A DNA stretch of 64,000 nucleotides from Bilabrum cf. latius (taxonomy: Eukaryota). The position numbers and the translations under genes are program-made. The DNA lies in assembly GCA_965178125.1 (NCBI GenBank), contig OZ237770.1, positions 434,001 to 498,000 on the forward strand. Reading direction: 5' to 3'. Within the stretch, counting starts at the first letter, position 1. Every line of letters starts with the position of its first letter. Below the pieces are notes generated by a model. That model saw only the letters and a program-made list of their open reading frames with translations, did no database searches and was not told the origin of the DNA. Below, piece after piece: positions 37,024 through 48,534 of this stretch.

Positions 37024-38082
37024 TCACTCCAAGTTCAGCCGCAGCGCGCTGGCCAGCACCCACACTGGCCTGTTCAAATCGAGGCTCCTGCCGCCGAGCT
37101 CCAGAGGAGGCAAACCTTCCCTGACGCTCCGCAAGTACACCTCGCATGCAGATGCCGACTTCCATCTGCCAAATCGCCTAATGACCTCGAAGGCGACCCC
37201 AGCACGGTCCAAACACATCACTGCCGCGATGCGGATGGAATGTCCGTGCACCGCTCCTGCAACTTCTCGTGAGCAGAAGCTGCGGAGCGCCCGTACTACC
37301 TGCGCCTTGACGATCGGCTTCGTGTTCGCCACGAAGACTGGCCCTGACGTGGGGCAGCTGAGCGCCAGCTACCGGGCGTAGTCTTCGTCTGCGCCTGCAG
37401 TTGGGGCGTGGCTCGCTGCTGCCCACGCCACGAAGGCTCGCACGCCGCAGAACCTGCTGCCTGTGACTGCCCATCGTCCGGCTCTGCAATGGACTGCGAT
37501 GGGCTCTGCGGCTTGGATGGAGAACTTGGCTGGGCCGTCGGCTTTGTGGAGGCCCAGGCGGATGGCAACACCATGGATGCGTCCGTCTCGCGTGATGAAC
37601 TGCACTTGCTGCCATTGGAGGCCGGCTTGTCGTCTGGACGCACCGACGAGCTCTCCCAGCCGGAGGCCCCCACAGAAGCAGAGACAGACAGCTGTCCGAG
37701 CAGCCTACTCTGTTGTGCTGCAACCGGCTGTCGAGAAGCACCGTCGGATTGCGCGGAGTGGGGCTGAAGATCGACGCAACGGGTGCGCCGATGGCGATGC
37801 TTTGTGGTAGTACCGGAGGATGCTGTCGAGCTAGCTTGACCGTGGGACGCCGCACGCACCTGTGGACTCGATGACGACTCGCTAGGCATTTCTGGTGTAT
37901 GTAGCGATGGTGCCGCCACTGAGAGGCGAACATTCCCCTAAGAAGACTGCGAATCTCGAGAGCGCTGCATTGAGCCTGAACGCGAAGAGTCTGCGAGCTG
38001 CTGGAAGATGCCCGTCCATGAAACTGCGGTCGATGTCGTACCACGTGAGGAAGTTGTCGAAGTGCCCCCACGCCGTGCGCAA
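37024..38082 (-). CDS. Retrotransposon tyrosine recombinase (4 in-frame TAG; start uncertain, overlaps the pol frame)
   Basis: CFCGGLRLGEL, HSIRIAA, RFGRWKS...VY in one frame via TAG at 37882, 37831, 37705, 37369; ends TGA. Confidence 0.88.
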
Positions 38083-41000
38083 CCCACTGAGTCCAGAGTG
38101 GCCACCAGCGTGAAATGGTCGTGCTTGTACAAGGTGTTCCAGATCGGCGTGGGACAGTCGACCTGATACACCGCGTCCAGGTGCGTGTATGCCTCCTGTG
38201 AGCCGCGGCTCAAAGCGTCCGCAACGACGTTGTCCTCGCCAGGAATGTGTTTCACGTGAATCTGCACATCTTGCGTTGTCTGCAGTACGAAGATAGGGCG
38301 AAGTAAGGCTGCCATGATGTGGCTCTTGGGTCTGCCGTAGCGTATCAGCTACACGGAAGCATCATTATCACACCACAAACGCACCACACGTCCACGCAGG
38401 TGCTGTCGCCAATGCGCCAGTGCCAACAAACATGTTGCAAGTTCTGCCGCCGCTACATCCTTCGCCTCTAGGCGATGCGGCCAAGTGCCCTGGATGCCGG
38501 TGTGCGAAGTGATGTTGCCGTCCTTGTCGTGGAGAAGCAGCTCGGCGCCGTAGCCTGTCACCGACGCATCAGTGCGAAGGATGGGACAGTCAATGGTGCC
38601 CCGCATCGGAAAGCTGCGCCCGCCTTTGCGCTGGATAGCCACCTGGAATCCCTCGAGGATTTCCCCAACTGTGAAGCCACCCTTGGACACAAAGGAGGTG
38701 GGGACCCACACCTCACCTGGTCGTGACCGGCTGGCCTACTTGTGAAGGGCCCAGCCCTTGGCGTCATACAGGGGACGTAGAGCACCGCGCATACCATAAA
38801 GTGCGCCCGACAGGAAGGACAACTTGCCGACCAAGGTCTCAAAGCTAGACAGCAGCATCCCCTTCGTCGTGAGTGCCTCGTGCAGTCTGCGCAGGACGTC
38901 GTTGGCCTTGTCCTTAGGGCACCGCACCTCGTGTTTGATCAAGTCGTAGGTGAGGCCCAAGTACTCGAACACCGGGGCTGGGGCCCCTTGCTTCAATGCT
39001 TTCGAGATGCTGACGGGGAAGTTTGTGGAGTCCAGCTGCCCCATGGCTCGAATTGCCCATGCATCGACTTCGTGATCTCCGCCGAGGCAGGCAAAGTCAT
39101 CTACAAACACCTCATTTTCGACCTACCAATGGCGGGACTAGTCTTGGGCCGTCTTGACATGTCCCGTTGTCGTGCTAGCGGCAGGCGGGGTGGACGTTGC
39201 TGACGAGTTCGCCTGGGGCGCCTGGTCCGTCGTGCTGGATTGGGCGTTGGCGTGCTGCTGCTTCCGGCGTCGTTGCTTCTGCTTGTGTCTCCGTCCGGGT
39301 CGCATGGCCCTGCCAATGGACTGCTCCTCGAGGGCTTGGGCCAAAGCCGAACTGATCGTAGTTGCGAAGGCGGGAGATGATGAGCTGCCCATAGAGAGCC
39401 TGAAATCTTGCACGATGCGCCCGTCGGGCAGCTTGATCAGGTTGTATTGGAGATCCTCCACTGCCACCGGCAGGACCCGAAAGTACGAGGAAATGTCGAC
39501 GACGTATCCGCTGGCACGCTTGGGGCAGGATCGAACTGCTGCGGCTGCCGAGCGCAGCACGTCCATGCTGCTCGTCTGCTGCACAGGCGTGGCTGCACTG
39601 TAGTCGATGGCCTTGTTCAGACCGGTACGCTGGCCGTTCACCTTGAGTGAGGAGTCCTGAAGGAACCGTAGCTTTGTCGAGTCCTTCTTGGGGATCACCA
39701 GCGGCCGGGCCCGGGCTGTGTCGAAATCTTTGGGTGACACGAAGTCACGCTCGCCAGCCCGCATGGAGCGCCCGATCTCGCAGGCGATCTCCCACTTTTC
39801 TTCCGGAGACAGCTTACGGTCCTTGTAGTCTAGATCGTGCTCTTTGGGCACCTCGTCCACGATGGCTAGGGGGCAACCATAGTTCAGTGCTGCCAGTACA
39901 CGCTCGACTCGTGGGAGGGCTTTAAACTCGGCAAGGGACGGGGCCTTCCTCGGTGTGCGGCCGCCAAACAGAACCTCCCGCCGGGTCCGCAGTGTTGCAG
40001 TCTAGCGAGGCACCTTGTCGAAGTACTTGCGTGGCGTGAATGCCAGCGGGTCGTCGTGAACCTTCAGGTGGAGCCGCTCACGGTCCCACGTCGCAGCTGG
40101 AGCCTCCACGAATTCGCCGGGACAGTCTCTGGTACGCTGGTGATCGTCCTTTCGCTGTATGAAGTCCTCGACGGAGGGTGCTGTCGTCCCTGCCCACTCA
40201 TGGCTTGGATCCGGAGCTGGATATGCCCAGTCAACGAATGCTGGAGAGATGTCCGTCCTACCTGGCAGCCTCGTGGATGACGCCGTGGGCGGCCGCTGCG
40301 GTCGCTTAGGGCGCGCTAGGGCCACCAGGACTGGGTGAAGCGCGGGCGTTGACGTGACAGGTGGTGTGGAAGCAGCACACGCGTCCGATGTGGTGGTAGT
40401 CTGCGTACGCCCCTGCGGCAGTGTTGGTGTTGGAGTGCTGGGCTGGCTCTGACGTGACGTACCTCGTGGGGGGGGGTCAGGTGAAGGCTCCTTGGACTTC
40501 CTGGTGGAACCCCCGTCCTGCCGGTCCGCACGCTGGTGCTGGCCACCTTGCTGGCCTGCGCCGCCACGTCCACGGCCTCGACGGTGTCGACCTCCGCCAC
40601 GATCGGCACTGGGCTGGTCGCTGTCACCCCCGCTGCGCCTGGAGCCTCCACTGCCCCCGCCTCCACTGCCCCGGCCTCCACTGCCCCCGCGAGGGTCGAA
40701 GTGACGGGACAGTGCTGCTCGACGGGACGGCGCCTGCATGTCAGCCTGGACTCCCTGTAGCAGTCCGCGCACGAGGCCAGGTTCGCCTGATCTGCATGCC
40801 TCAGTGGCCCACGGATGCAGCAATTGTAGGAGACGCATGCAGTCGCCAGAAGAGCACGAAGGAATCTCATTCCCAACAAGGTCACGAATCTCAACGTCAC
40901 AGCGTTCGCCTGTATGGCGCCAAGCATGGGAGGAGAGCATCTCAAAGGCTGAACTTCCGCGTGGTATCACACACACAGCGGCAAACACCACCTCTAGTCG

Positions 41001-42929
41001 GGACGCCGATGCAGATGATGCCCCGGAAGCACTAACCAAACGAAGAAAATCATTGCGAACCTGCCCCAGGGTTTTCCAATCGGGCACTAGTGATGCTGGA
41101 CACGACCACGAGCTGCTGCCCTGCGGCAACCAGGCCGGCAAGGACGCCGTCGAATGCGCGCAAGCAGCGCGCACGAGCACACAGCCTAAAGCAAAGGAAA
41201 TAGCCGAGTAAATAGTGCATAGTAACTCGCTAGATGGCACCTACTTTTCTCGTCCGCCTGCAGCAGACGACTCCGAGTTGGACGCATCAAACTTCCCAAA
41301 ACTGGCATTGCTCATCGGCAGAGCTGCATGAAGCCGGCTCGTGAACGAGAAAATAGCCGATTCAATCTTGGCTCTCGTCACGGCCTGACCAAACAGGGCA
41401 CGGGCCAGTTCTGCAGCGAAATCGCGGCCGCTAGCGTCCAAATGAAGCGCGTCAGCCTAGCAAAACCGCGGCATGAACGCGGATTGGCGAAAGATCGAGG
41501 TCAACGTTGCCAAGAAATCATCAGAAAACCAATTCTGCATTCGAATTGCAGCGATTGAAGGTGCAGAGGCCTCACGCTACAAAATCTCCACTGGTTGCGA
41601 GCGAACGACCGCGGAGTCCACTGCCGTGCCTGCGCCCGGTGAAACTGGGTCAATTGAAGACGCAGGCTGCGGTGAGGCAGAAGATGACACAGGAGGTTCA
41701 CGGGGTGGCTGATGAGCGGGTGTAGCGTCGACCGGTGGCGGGGATGAGTGCATCGAGGCTGCTAGTCGGTGCGAGAAGTACCATTGCAATTCCACGTGGG
41801 CGGAGAGGTGCGACAGCAGCTCTTCCTGGCGCAGAGTCGGAATGCTGTGCCACAGCGCAAACAGGCGTAGATGCAGAATTGTCGCTGGGTCGGCCGTTCC
41901 CCGCAGCGTCGTGGAGTGCAACACTGCCCGTTGGAGATCCCCAGGAAGGCGGCCCCAGACCGCGTCAAGCTAGCGGCTGGTGCCCGGAGTCACGCCGGGG
42001 GAGTCGTAAGCCGGAGACACACGAGGAAGAAGAAGCTGAGGGCCTGCCGGGCCCGTTGACCGTGATGCTGCACTGCTGAGCGCCTCCGCGAGCACTGTCG
42101 GATCGCCGAAGTCCCGAGTGCCTGGCCTACCGGGGAGCCTGCCCGAGGCAGGTGGAGGTTGGTGCCGCGGGGGTGAAGACGTTGAGAAGTTGGGCTGTCC
42201 GCTGCGCTGGGTATCTGCTGCTGTCCCCGGGGGCCCTCGGTTCGGGGACTCGTGCAGGTGGGCCCGCCCGCCTCGCGCGAGCGGGGCCTGCCGCGTCGTC
42301 GAAGAGCCTGGCCGCGCCCGCAAGGGCGAAATTCCGCGGCTTGTCCTGGTGGCACTCTACGCCGCTCGGTCGCGTCCAGGTGAAGCATGGATGGCGGCGC
42401 CGAAGTCGAGGCGTCCGGGTGGCCGATGCTGTCCGCGAAGAGGAGCGGTCCGCCGGCCCGTCGGTAGTGAACTCAGGGACCATGGAGACTCGATTGAAGA
42501 AGGAGCCTCTGGAGATTGCTGAACAGGATGAAGATGTACTTGTCCTGCGAGTCGCTCAGGCTGTTGCCGTCGAGGAGAGCTCGGCGACGCCGGCAGAAGC
42601 AGCCGTGCACCGAGAGTCGTTAGCGTCCCATTTGACACGAACTTGGCGAGAGCGGTGCTCTTGACAGCATTAATGGACCGTGATGCCGTGAAGGACTGCT
42701 TTGATGAGTACCTGTCGAGCAAGTAGCACAGGAACCCCGCATCGTGTGCACGTTGAAGATCGGGATCGCAAAAATTACCCAATCTCCGCCCCTCTCCTGA
42801 ACACAGAGAGGGTATGCGCGTCATCGCAAGCAATCCGTTGGCTTGGTCGCACCTTCCCGGTCGCAACCGCCATCGGAACCCAACGAGACGTTCACGCGCT
42901 CCCACTCTGGCATCAACACCGAACCCCAT
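37218..42929 (-). CDS. Retrotransposon gag-like/RT/RNase H polyprotein frame (12 in-frame TAG; exact ends uncertain)
   Basis: One frame from ATG 42929 to TGA 37218 with only TAG; RT motifs VIPKKDS.KLRFLQD, VDISSYF, LSMGSSSSP, FVDDF, YLG; RNase H motifs TDAS..GYG, AEL, CDN, HIPGEDNVVADALSR. Confidence 0.85.
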
Positions 42930-42984
42930 CCGGCGTTAGGATCAATAAAAAATATTGTTTAAATGCGTTTTAAACTGTTAATAT

Positions 42985-43641
42985 TTATGTTTTTTTTGTG
43001 TGGCAAGAATAACAGCGATAATAATTAGAATCCTTTTTTATTGTGTACTTATTACAATCAATGCATTTTTCTTTTCCTGTTTTCTTTGTCATGTAACAAT
43101 CAAAACATCTTAATTTATATTGACTTTTCGGTATCCAATCCCTACAATCTAGACATTTTTGGTTATATTTAAACATCATATTATTTTCTTGGTGTTTATC
43201 ACTTTGACAATGTGTCACATATGAACCTCTTTTTAATACAGAATCGCATTTTTCACATTTTACGAGCATGGTGTTTTTGTGCACTGATGAATTCATTGGA
43301 AATAGCCCAGTTATGCATGTACTACCAATCATAAAATATTTTTCTGGTTTTTGCTTTTCAAATACTAAATAAGGATATTTTAATTGCTTACCACATACAC
43401 AAAAATATGTGGTCTCCATTCCTTGCTCATTTTTTTTTGATAAAACCAAGTTTCGTTTGTAATTATAGCATTGCTTGTAAAGTTTTTTAGCCATGCTCTT
43501 AATTTCTTTTTCAGATGTCATATTATTGTAATTAATAGAATCGAAATTTTCAGTATCAAATTTTTTATCTGAATTTTTCTCAATATAATCTAAACACTTT
43601 TTGAGACAAATAGTTTTATTATCTTTTGCTTTTTTACACAT
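42985..43641 (-). CDS. Cys-rich zinc-ribbon protein
   Basis: CVCGK, IGSTCI and multiple CxxC pairs. Confidence 0.65.
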   Translation of the reverse strand: MCKKAKDNKTICLKKCLDYIEKNSDKKFDTENFDSINYNNMTSEKEIKSMAKKLYKQCYNYKRNLVLSKKNEQGMETTYFCVCGKQLKYPYLVFEKQKPEKYFMIGSTCITGLFPMNSSVHKNTMLVKCEKCDSVLKRGSYVTHCQSDKHQENNMMFKYNQKCLDCRDWIPKSQYKLRCFDCYMTKKTGKEKCIDCNKYTIKKDSNYYRCYSCHTKKT

Positions 43642-43668
43642 GTATATTGATACATACGAAAAAAATGT

Positions 43669-43890
43669 TTAAGTGGTTTCAGTATTTTTTATACCTTTTT
43701 TCCTTCTAGTTTGTGCGTTTTCTCTATTGATTTTTCTTAATTTTTCTTTATGTGCTTCATAATAACGTTTATTCTGTATCCTTTTTAGTTCCTGTTTACT
43801 TGGTGAATATTCAAACTCTTTTAATTGTTCCAGAGTAATGTTAAGTTTTTTTAAAATATCACTATCAAGATCTATAATGAACTTTTTCAT
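43669..43890 (-). CDS. Small basic hypothetical protein
   Basis: 73-aa ORF with upstream TCTA motif. Confidence 0.6.
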   Translation of the reverse strand: MKKFIIDLDSDILKKLNITLEQLKEFEYSPSKQELKRIQNKRYYEAHKEKLRKINRENAQTRRKKGIKNTETT

Positions 43891-43930
43891 ATAAATTTAG
43901 TATAGATAATTTTTTAAGTATATTAAGTAT

Positions 43931-46432
43931 TTAAAAATCTAATGCGTTCTTTTTGTTTCTAATGATTGTTTTCTTTTTTGCTACTATTTCTTCACCATGA
44001 TATTCTAACAACCAATTTTTATTTTTGCATATCTTCATTATCTCACTGGGGATAAATGATAATTGTCTTGATGTCTTGGTTCTCTTTTCAACAATTCCAA
44101 AATGTGTTTCAAGATCATTATAAAATTCTGATTTATTTAATTTCTTATTGCTTAGATTATATTCTTCCTCAATGTATTCTTTAAATTTCTCGAATAAACT
44201 AGTTTTATTTGTAATGTATTTTTTAGTGTAACTTGTTGATTTCCAATATTCGGGGTAATCTTCATCAACAACATCAACTTCATCATCAGCTTCAAACTGG
44301 CAAGTTTCAACAAAATTAATAAGAAATTGAATTTTTTTATTTACACATCTCATCATTAACTTACGGTATGCTTTGGTAATTGGTCTTTCTTTCTGGAAAT
44401 TATTTATTTGAATATCATAAGTGCCTAGATGATAATATACAGCATCACAAAATGATTTATGATGTTCTTTATTTGAACCATATGCCTCATAAAAATTCTC
44501 AAAGAAATATTCAGTTTTTTCATTTGGTTTAAAAGAATCAAAAACAACAAATCGACGTTCTCCAGTCATTGAATCAATATAAACGGGTACTTTTTTATTT
44601 GATACAAATAATAACCTTGTATAATTTAATGCTGACACTTTATTTTTGTTTTTAAATTCATAATGCCATGTGTTGGATGTTGTAAATTGTTTAATTCTTC
44701 CTGTTAAGTCACTTCCTTCTTCTGATTCTTCAAGATTGAATAATAATTTACCCATTAAGTAACCATTAAAGCCGTCATATAATACACGACCCGATGCCTC
44801 ACTTAAAATTTTATCTTTACTAAATATCCATGTTAATATTTCGGTTATACTTGATTTACCGCTTCCTTGGTCACCTGTTACAATAACGGAGGTTGACGTT
44901 TCTTTTTTGGTTGGGTTTTGTATCATATCAGCTAACCACTGAATCATATAACTAACAAATCCCTTATTATTGTTATCATCACCAAGAGCATAACCAATTA
45001 ATTTATATAAATGTTTTATGTATGTGTCATAATTTTCTGGTTTCTTTGGTATTTCTGGTAGAGGAACATGCATATTAAAATTATTTTCTTCAATGCTCTT
45101 TTCAATATCATTACCAAGATATACTCCAACGCTGTCATAAATATGTCTATTAGTATCAAATGCATATTTCTTAAGAAAGGGTAGCCATACTTCAATATCA
45201 TTCCCATCTTCATCTTTTTGATTGTTTCCCAATTTATCTTTTTTAATAATTTTATAGTTAGCACCATTAATAAGTGTTGCTAGTTTAGAAGGTTCATAAG
45301 AATAACAATATTTATAAGATTTTTCATAATAGCAGTTTGCAGATTTAACATATCCAAAAAACATTTCAAAATATGTTTTCATTGTTTCGTAATTCTCAAG
45401 TTTCGACATAAATTTAAGGTCGAATTGTTTCATTGCTTTATTGTTTACTGAATAACTAGAAAGATCGACCCCGAAGGTTTCCATTTCCTTACAAATATAT
45501 TTTATATCTAAATCAAGATTGGTTTTAATGTCATGCTCAACCTTCTTAATTAATTTAGTTAATTCTTTTTCAATATTAGAATCTTTACTAAAAGAAGAAT
45601 GATAAACATTTAACCCATCGTGCACAATTGCATTAACCTTAAATTCAGATTCTTTGATATGTCTTTCAAGTGTATCTATGCATTTTCTTTCATATTTGAA
45701 TAAAAGTTTACATAAAAATGCTCCTTTCTTGTTCTTCTTATCACCTTTTTCAATTGATTTTTTTAATTCTTCACCATCGAACAACTCCGCATTTTTCCAT
45801 ACATAATTTTGAATCTTGCGAGATTCTAAAGCAAAATCAATTATAAAATCTAACATTTCACCATCAAGTTCTTTTTTATCTTTTTTGAATTTCAAGTTAT
45901 CAAAATCAATTTTATCAAAATCATTATCTTCAATCCATGTTTGAATAGAACCGCCAAATAATAGACATTGAAAGACTTGTTTTACTTGACCCCTGTTTAA
46001 TGTTACATCATTTTTTTTGAATTCTTCAATGATGCTTTTAATAACATCTTTACGGTTCTTGCAGTAATGGGATAATTTAGGGGTTTTTAATTTCTTCAAT
46101 AGAGAATTAAGAATTGAAGGGCATGAGTTGACAATATCAACGTCATAGCAAAAATCAGCAATTAATATATTTCTAATGGTTGCATCAATAGTTTGTAATG
46201 AAATACCTTTTGTGTATCTTCGGCCTTCTGATTCTGTGTAAGTTGTTGGAATTTTTCCATATTTGTCATTGTATATTAAACACTTACTAAGCATTTTTCC
46301 AACTTTACCATAACATTCTTTTAAATATTCCTTTCTTGACTTCATCCATTCATTTTTAGATAAGGCAGAGGTAAAGGCTAATTTTACGAGGTTGTCATAA
46401 TTGACTAATTCGGATCTTACGAAAGCAGACAT
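43931..46432 (-). CDS. PolA-like (TV-Pol type) primase-polymerase fused to SF3/D5-like helicase
   Basis: N-terminal GRRY...SLQ, DVDIVNSCP, IVHDGL; C-terminal Walker A GDQGSGKS, LEE, FVSN, ERRF. Confidence 0.8.
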   Translation of the reverse strand: MSAFVRSELVNYDNLVKLAFTSALSKNEWMKSRKEYLKECYGKVGKMLSKCLIYNDKYGKIPTTYTESEGRRYTKGISLQTIDATIRNILIADFCYDVDIVNSCPSILNSLLKKLKTPKLSHYCKNRKDVIKSIIEEFKKNDVTLNRGQVKQVFQCLLFGGSIQTWIEDNDFDKIDFDNLKFKKDKKELDGEMLDFIIDFALESRKIQNYVWKNAELFDGEELKKSIEKGDKKNKKGAFLCKLLFKYERKCIDTLERHIKESEFKVNAIVHDGLNVYHSSFSKDSNIEKELTKLIKKVEHDIKTNLDLDIKYICKEMETFGVDLSSYSVNNKAMKQFDLKFMSKLENYETMKTYFEMFFGYVKSANCYYEKSYKYCYSYEPSKLATLINGANYKIIKKDKLGNNQKDEDGNDIEVWLPFLKKYAFDTNRHIYDSVGVYLGNDIEKSIEENNFNMHVPLPEIPKKPENYDTYIKHLYKLIGYALGDDNNNKGFVSYMIQWLADMIQNPTKKETSTSVIVTGDQGSGKSSITEILTWIFSKDKILSEASGRVLYDGFNGYLMGKLLFNLEESEEGSDLTGRIKQFTTSNTWHYEFKNKNKVSALNYTRLLFVSNKKVPVYIDSMTGERRFVVFDSFKPNEKTEYFFENFYEAYGSNKEHHKSFCDAVYYHLGTYDIQINNFQKERPITKAYRKLMMRCVNKKIQFLINFVETCQFEADDEVDVVDEDYPEYWKSTSYTKKYITNKTSLFEKFKEYIEEEYNLSNKKLNKSEFYNDLETHFGIVEKRTKTSRQLSFIPSEIMKICKNKNWLLEYHGEEIVAKKKTIIRNKKNALDF

Positions 46433-46631
46433 AATATATTATATAATTCTATATTATTTTTATTATTTTAAGTGCGTTTTTTCTTAAAAATACACTTAAA
46501 AAACTTAAAAGGTGACATTGAATATTTGAATTAAAAAATTTGTCATTCATAAAAAAAGTATAATAGTATCCTAATAATGGTTATTATATAAAATATTTAG
46601 TATTAATATTAATTTAATTTTAATTATCCCT

Positions 46632-46769
46632 CTATATTACTTTTTTTTGGAAAGGGTGACAAAAGCGGTGACAAAACGTGATTTTTGAGGTCTCAGAAAA
46701 TTTTATTTTTTGAAATCATATTTTTATTGGACTTGGAAATTCTGATTTTGTCACCGCTTTTGTCACCCT
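46632..46769. repeat. Internal copy of a TIR sub-segment with perfect 24-bp inverted arms
   Basis: AGGGTGACAAAAGCGGTGACAAAA (46653-46676) and its reverse complement (46746-46769); resembles TIR segment ~31011-31145. Confidence 0.9.
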
Positions 46770-46777
46770 AAAATATT

Positions 46778-47341
46778 TTAATGAAAAGCCATTGTGACGA
46801 TTTCATCTATTGAATGTCTATTTTTAAGTTTCTTTTTTGCCTCTTGCATTAGTTGATTATATTGATCGTTTGTAAGATCGGCATAGTGTACGCGGTTTAA
46901 TGAGTGCCTTCCACAACTCGCAATATGAGAACCTTCTCCTTGATGCTTATATGGTGAATAATCCACGTCATAACCGCTATCGAGTAAACGCCTAATTAAT
47001 GTATTATTAGATTCTTGATATAAATTCAAATCTGCATATTTTTTTTGCCCAACATCGGGGAGTCCGCCGTAACTATCATAAAAATATATTGTATTTCCCT
47101 TTTTTGTTAAAGCTACATAATGCCCCGATGTTGCATTTCCTTGTTTAATCATTGGATAAAATACAATTAATTTATTATCTCCTTGAAATAATGATTCAAT
47201 TGATGGAGAATTTATAATATCGTCATATAATACAACACGAGGAGGTGGACCTTTAGTGTGTGGGTGTTTATTCCATAGTTCTTTTAATTCTTGAGGACTA
47301 AGATATGTCCCAACAAGTTGTTTTAATTTTTCTCTATTCAT
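46778..47341 (-). CDS. Virion maturation cysteine protease (adenain-like)
   Basis: SGHYV, FYDSYG, HQ...SCGRH catalytic H/D/Q/C order. Confidence 0.88.
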   Translation of the reverse strand: MNREKLKQLVGTYLSPQELKELWNKHPHTKGPPPRVVLYDDIINSPSIESLFQGDNKLIVFYPMIKQGNATSGHYVALTKKGNTIYFYDSYGGLPDVGQKKYADLNLYQESNNTLIRRLLDSGYDVDYSPYKHQGEGSHIASCGRHSLNRVHYADLTNDQYNQLMQEAKKKLKNRHSIDEIVTMAFH

Positions 47342-47379
47342 TAATATAAATAATGACTAGAAAATTATTCAAACTTTAT

Positions 47380-48441
47380 TTAAATTTTTATCGCTTCCTT
47401 TTGACTTATCATATAGCCTATATCTGGGTTTATACTAATCCATCTAGATTTTTTCAATGCTAGTTTAACCCTTTTAATTTGTTCTTTATTGAATCCTAAA
47501 TAAGTTCTTAATAAATAATTACGTTCATGGTCTGTACCTTTACTAAAAAATACATAATCGGTCGTTTCAATTTTAATTAACTTCATATGTGCACCATCTG
47601 ACCCTTTGTGATTACATATAATTAAATTAGTCTTAGTGTGTCTCCCCTTGGTTAATAGGGTGTCCCTTAAAAATTCAATCTTTCCAATATCTGGGTTATT
47701 TTCGTAATCATCAAATAAAACTAATGAATCTTGAAATATAGCATCTCTTGCTTCTTGATCTATTTTAAACTCAAATTTATCTTTGCCTTTTCCGTCTGGT
47801 TTCATATCATGTAACATTAATTCTAACTTCATTAGCATTTCTGGGTCATCTGCATACATTTTCTTTTTGTATTTAAATTTAATCTTTGCTTTTTCATACT
47901 CTTTTTTTGCGTCTTCATGACTCACATTTTCACCAACTAATGAATTAATATCTAAATATTTTACTTTTCCAAATTTAGAATCTTTGACATCCGTGATCAC
48001 ATAAATCTTTTTAATTCCAAATTTTCGTGACATTTCCATTATTTCGGTTGAAAAATATGACTTTCCAGAACCAGACTTACCATTTAAAAAGAATACGAAT
48101 CTATTAAATGAGTCATCTTCAGTATGACCTAGTGAATACGGAATAACTCTAAACATTGATTTGTCTTTTATCTCTTCACTGTTGAATTTTTGGGCTTCTT
48201 CTGTTCCATTATATAAATTTATTAATTCTTGCTTTTTCTGTTCTTTAGCTTTCTTTGATCTTACCGCATGAGTTCCAAAGATTGCGTATAATTGGTCATC
48301 CGTTATATCTTCGGGCTCTAATTCTTTATTTTTACATTCATTGTCATAATATAATACTTTATTTTTGCTTTGCTGGTTATTACCTGTATATTTACGGTAT
48401 GCAATGGGTATTGAATCATCTCCTCCGCTGTAACTAAACAT
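47380..48441 (-). CDS. FtsK/HerA-type (A32-like) genome packaging ATPase
   Basis: Walker A GKSGSGKS, Walker B LVLFDD, KGRH...IICNH. Confidence 0.9.
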   Translation of the reverse strand: MFSYSGGDDSIPIAYRKYTGNNQQSKNKVLYYDNECKNKELEPEDITDDQLYAIFGTHAVRSKKAKEQKKQELINLYNGTEEAQKFNSEEIKDKSMFRVIPYSLGHTEDDSFNRFVFFLNGKSGSGKSYFSTEIMEMSRKFGIKKIYVITDVKDSKFGKVKYLDINSLVGENVSHEDAKKEYEKAKIKFKYKKKMYADDPEMLMKLELMLHDMKPDGKGKDKFEFKIDQEARDAIFQDSLVLFDDYENNPDIGKIEFLRDTLLTKGRHTKTNLIICNHKGSDGAHMKLIKIETTDYVFFSKGTDHERNYLLRTYLGFNKEQIKRVKLALKKSRWISINPDIGYMISQKEAIKI

Positions 48442-48534
48442 ATTATAATTTAGTATAGATAATATTTATATAATAGAAAATATTTTTTGAATTTGACAAA
48501 AAAAGAAAGGTAGTCATGCAACAATTTTAAAATG

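Larger units (their letters stand above)
36522..42944 (-). mobile_element. Ngaro-type (DIRS order) tyrosine-recombinase retrotransposon nested in the virophage
   Basis: GC-rich island with split direct repeats A1 42768-42944, B1 36854-36983, A2 36677-36853, B2 36522-36651 (A 177 bp, B 130 bp); RT, RNase H and YR coding. Confidence 0.93.

Noticed and set aside
36514-37124. ORFs across the Ngaro terminal repeats
   Set aside because: They lie in the split direct repeats, cross the element boundary and have no recognisable motifs
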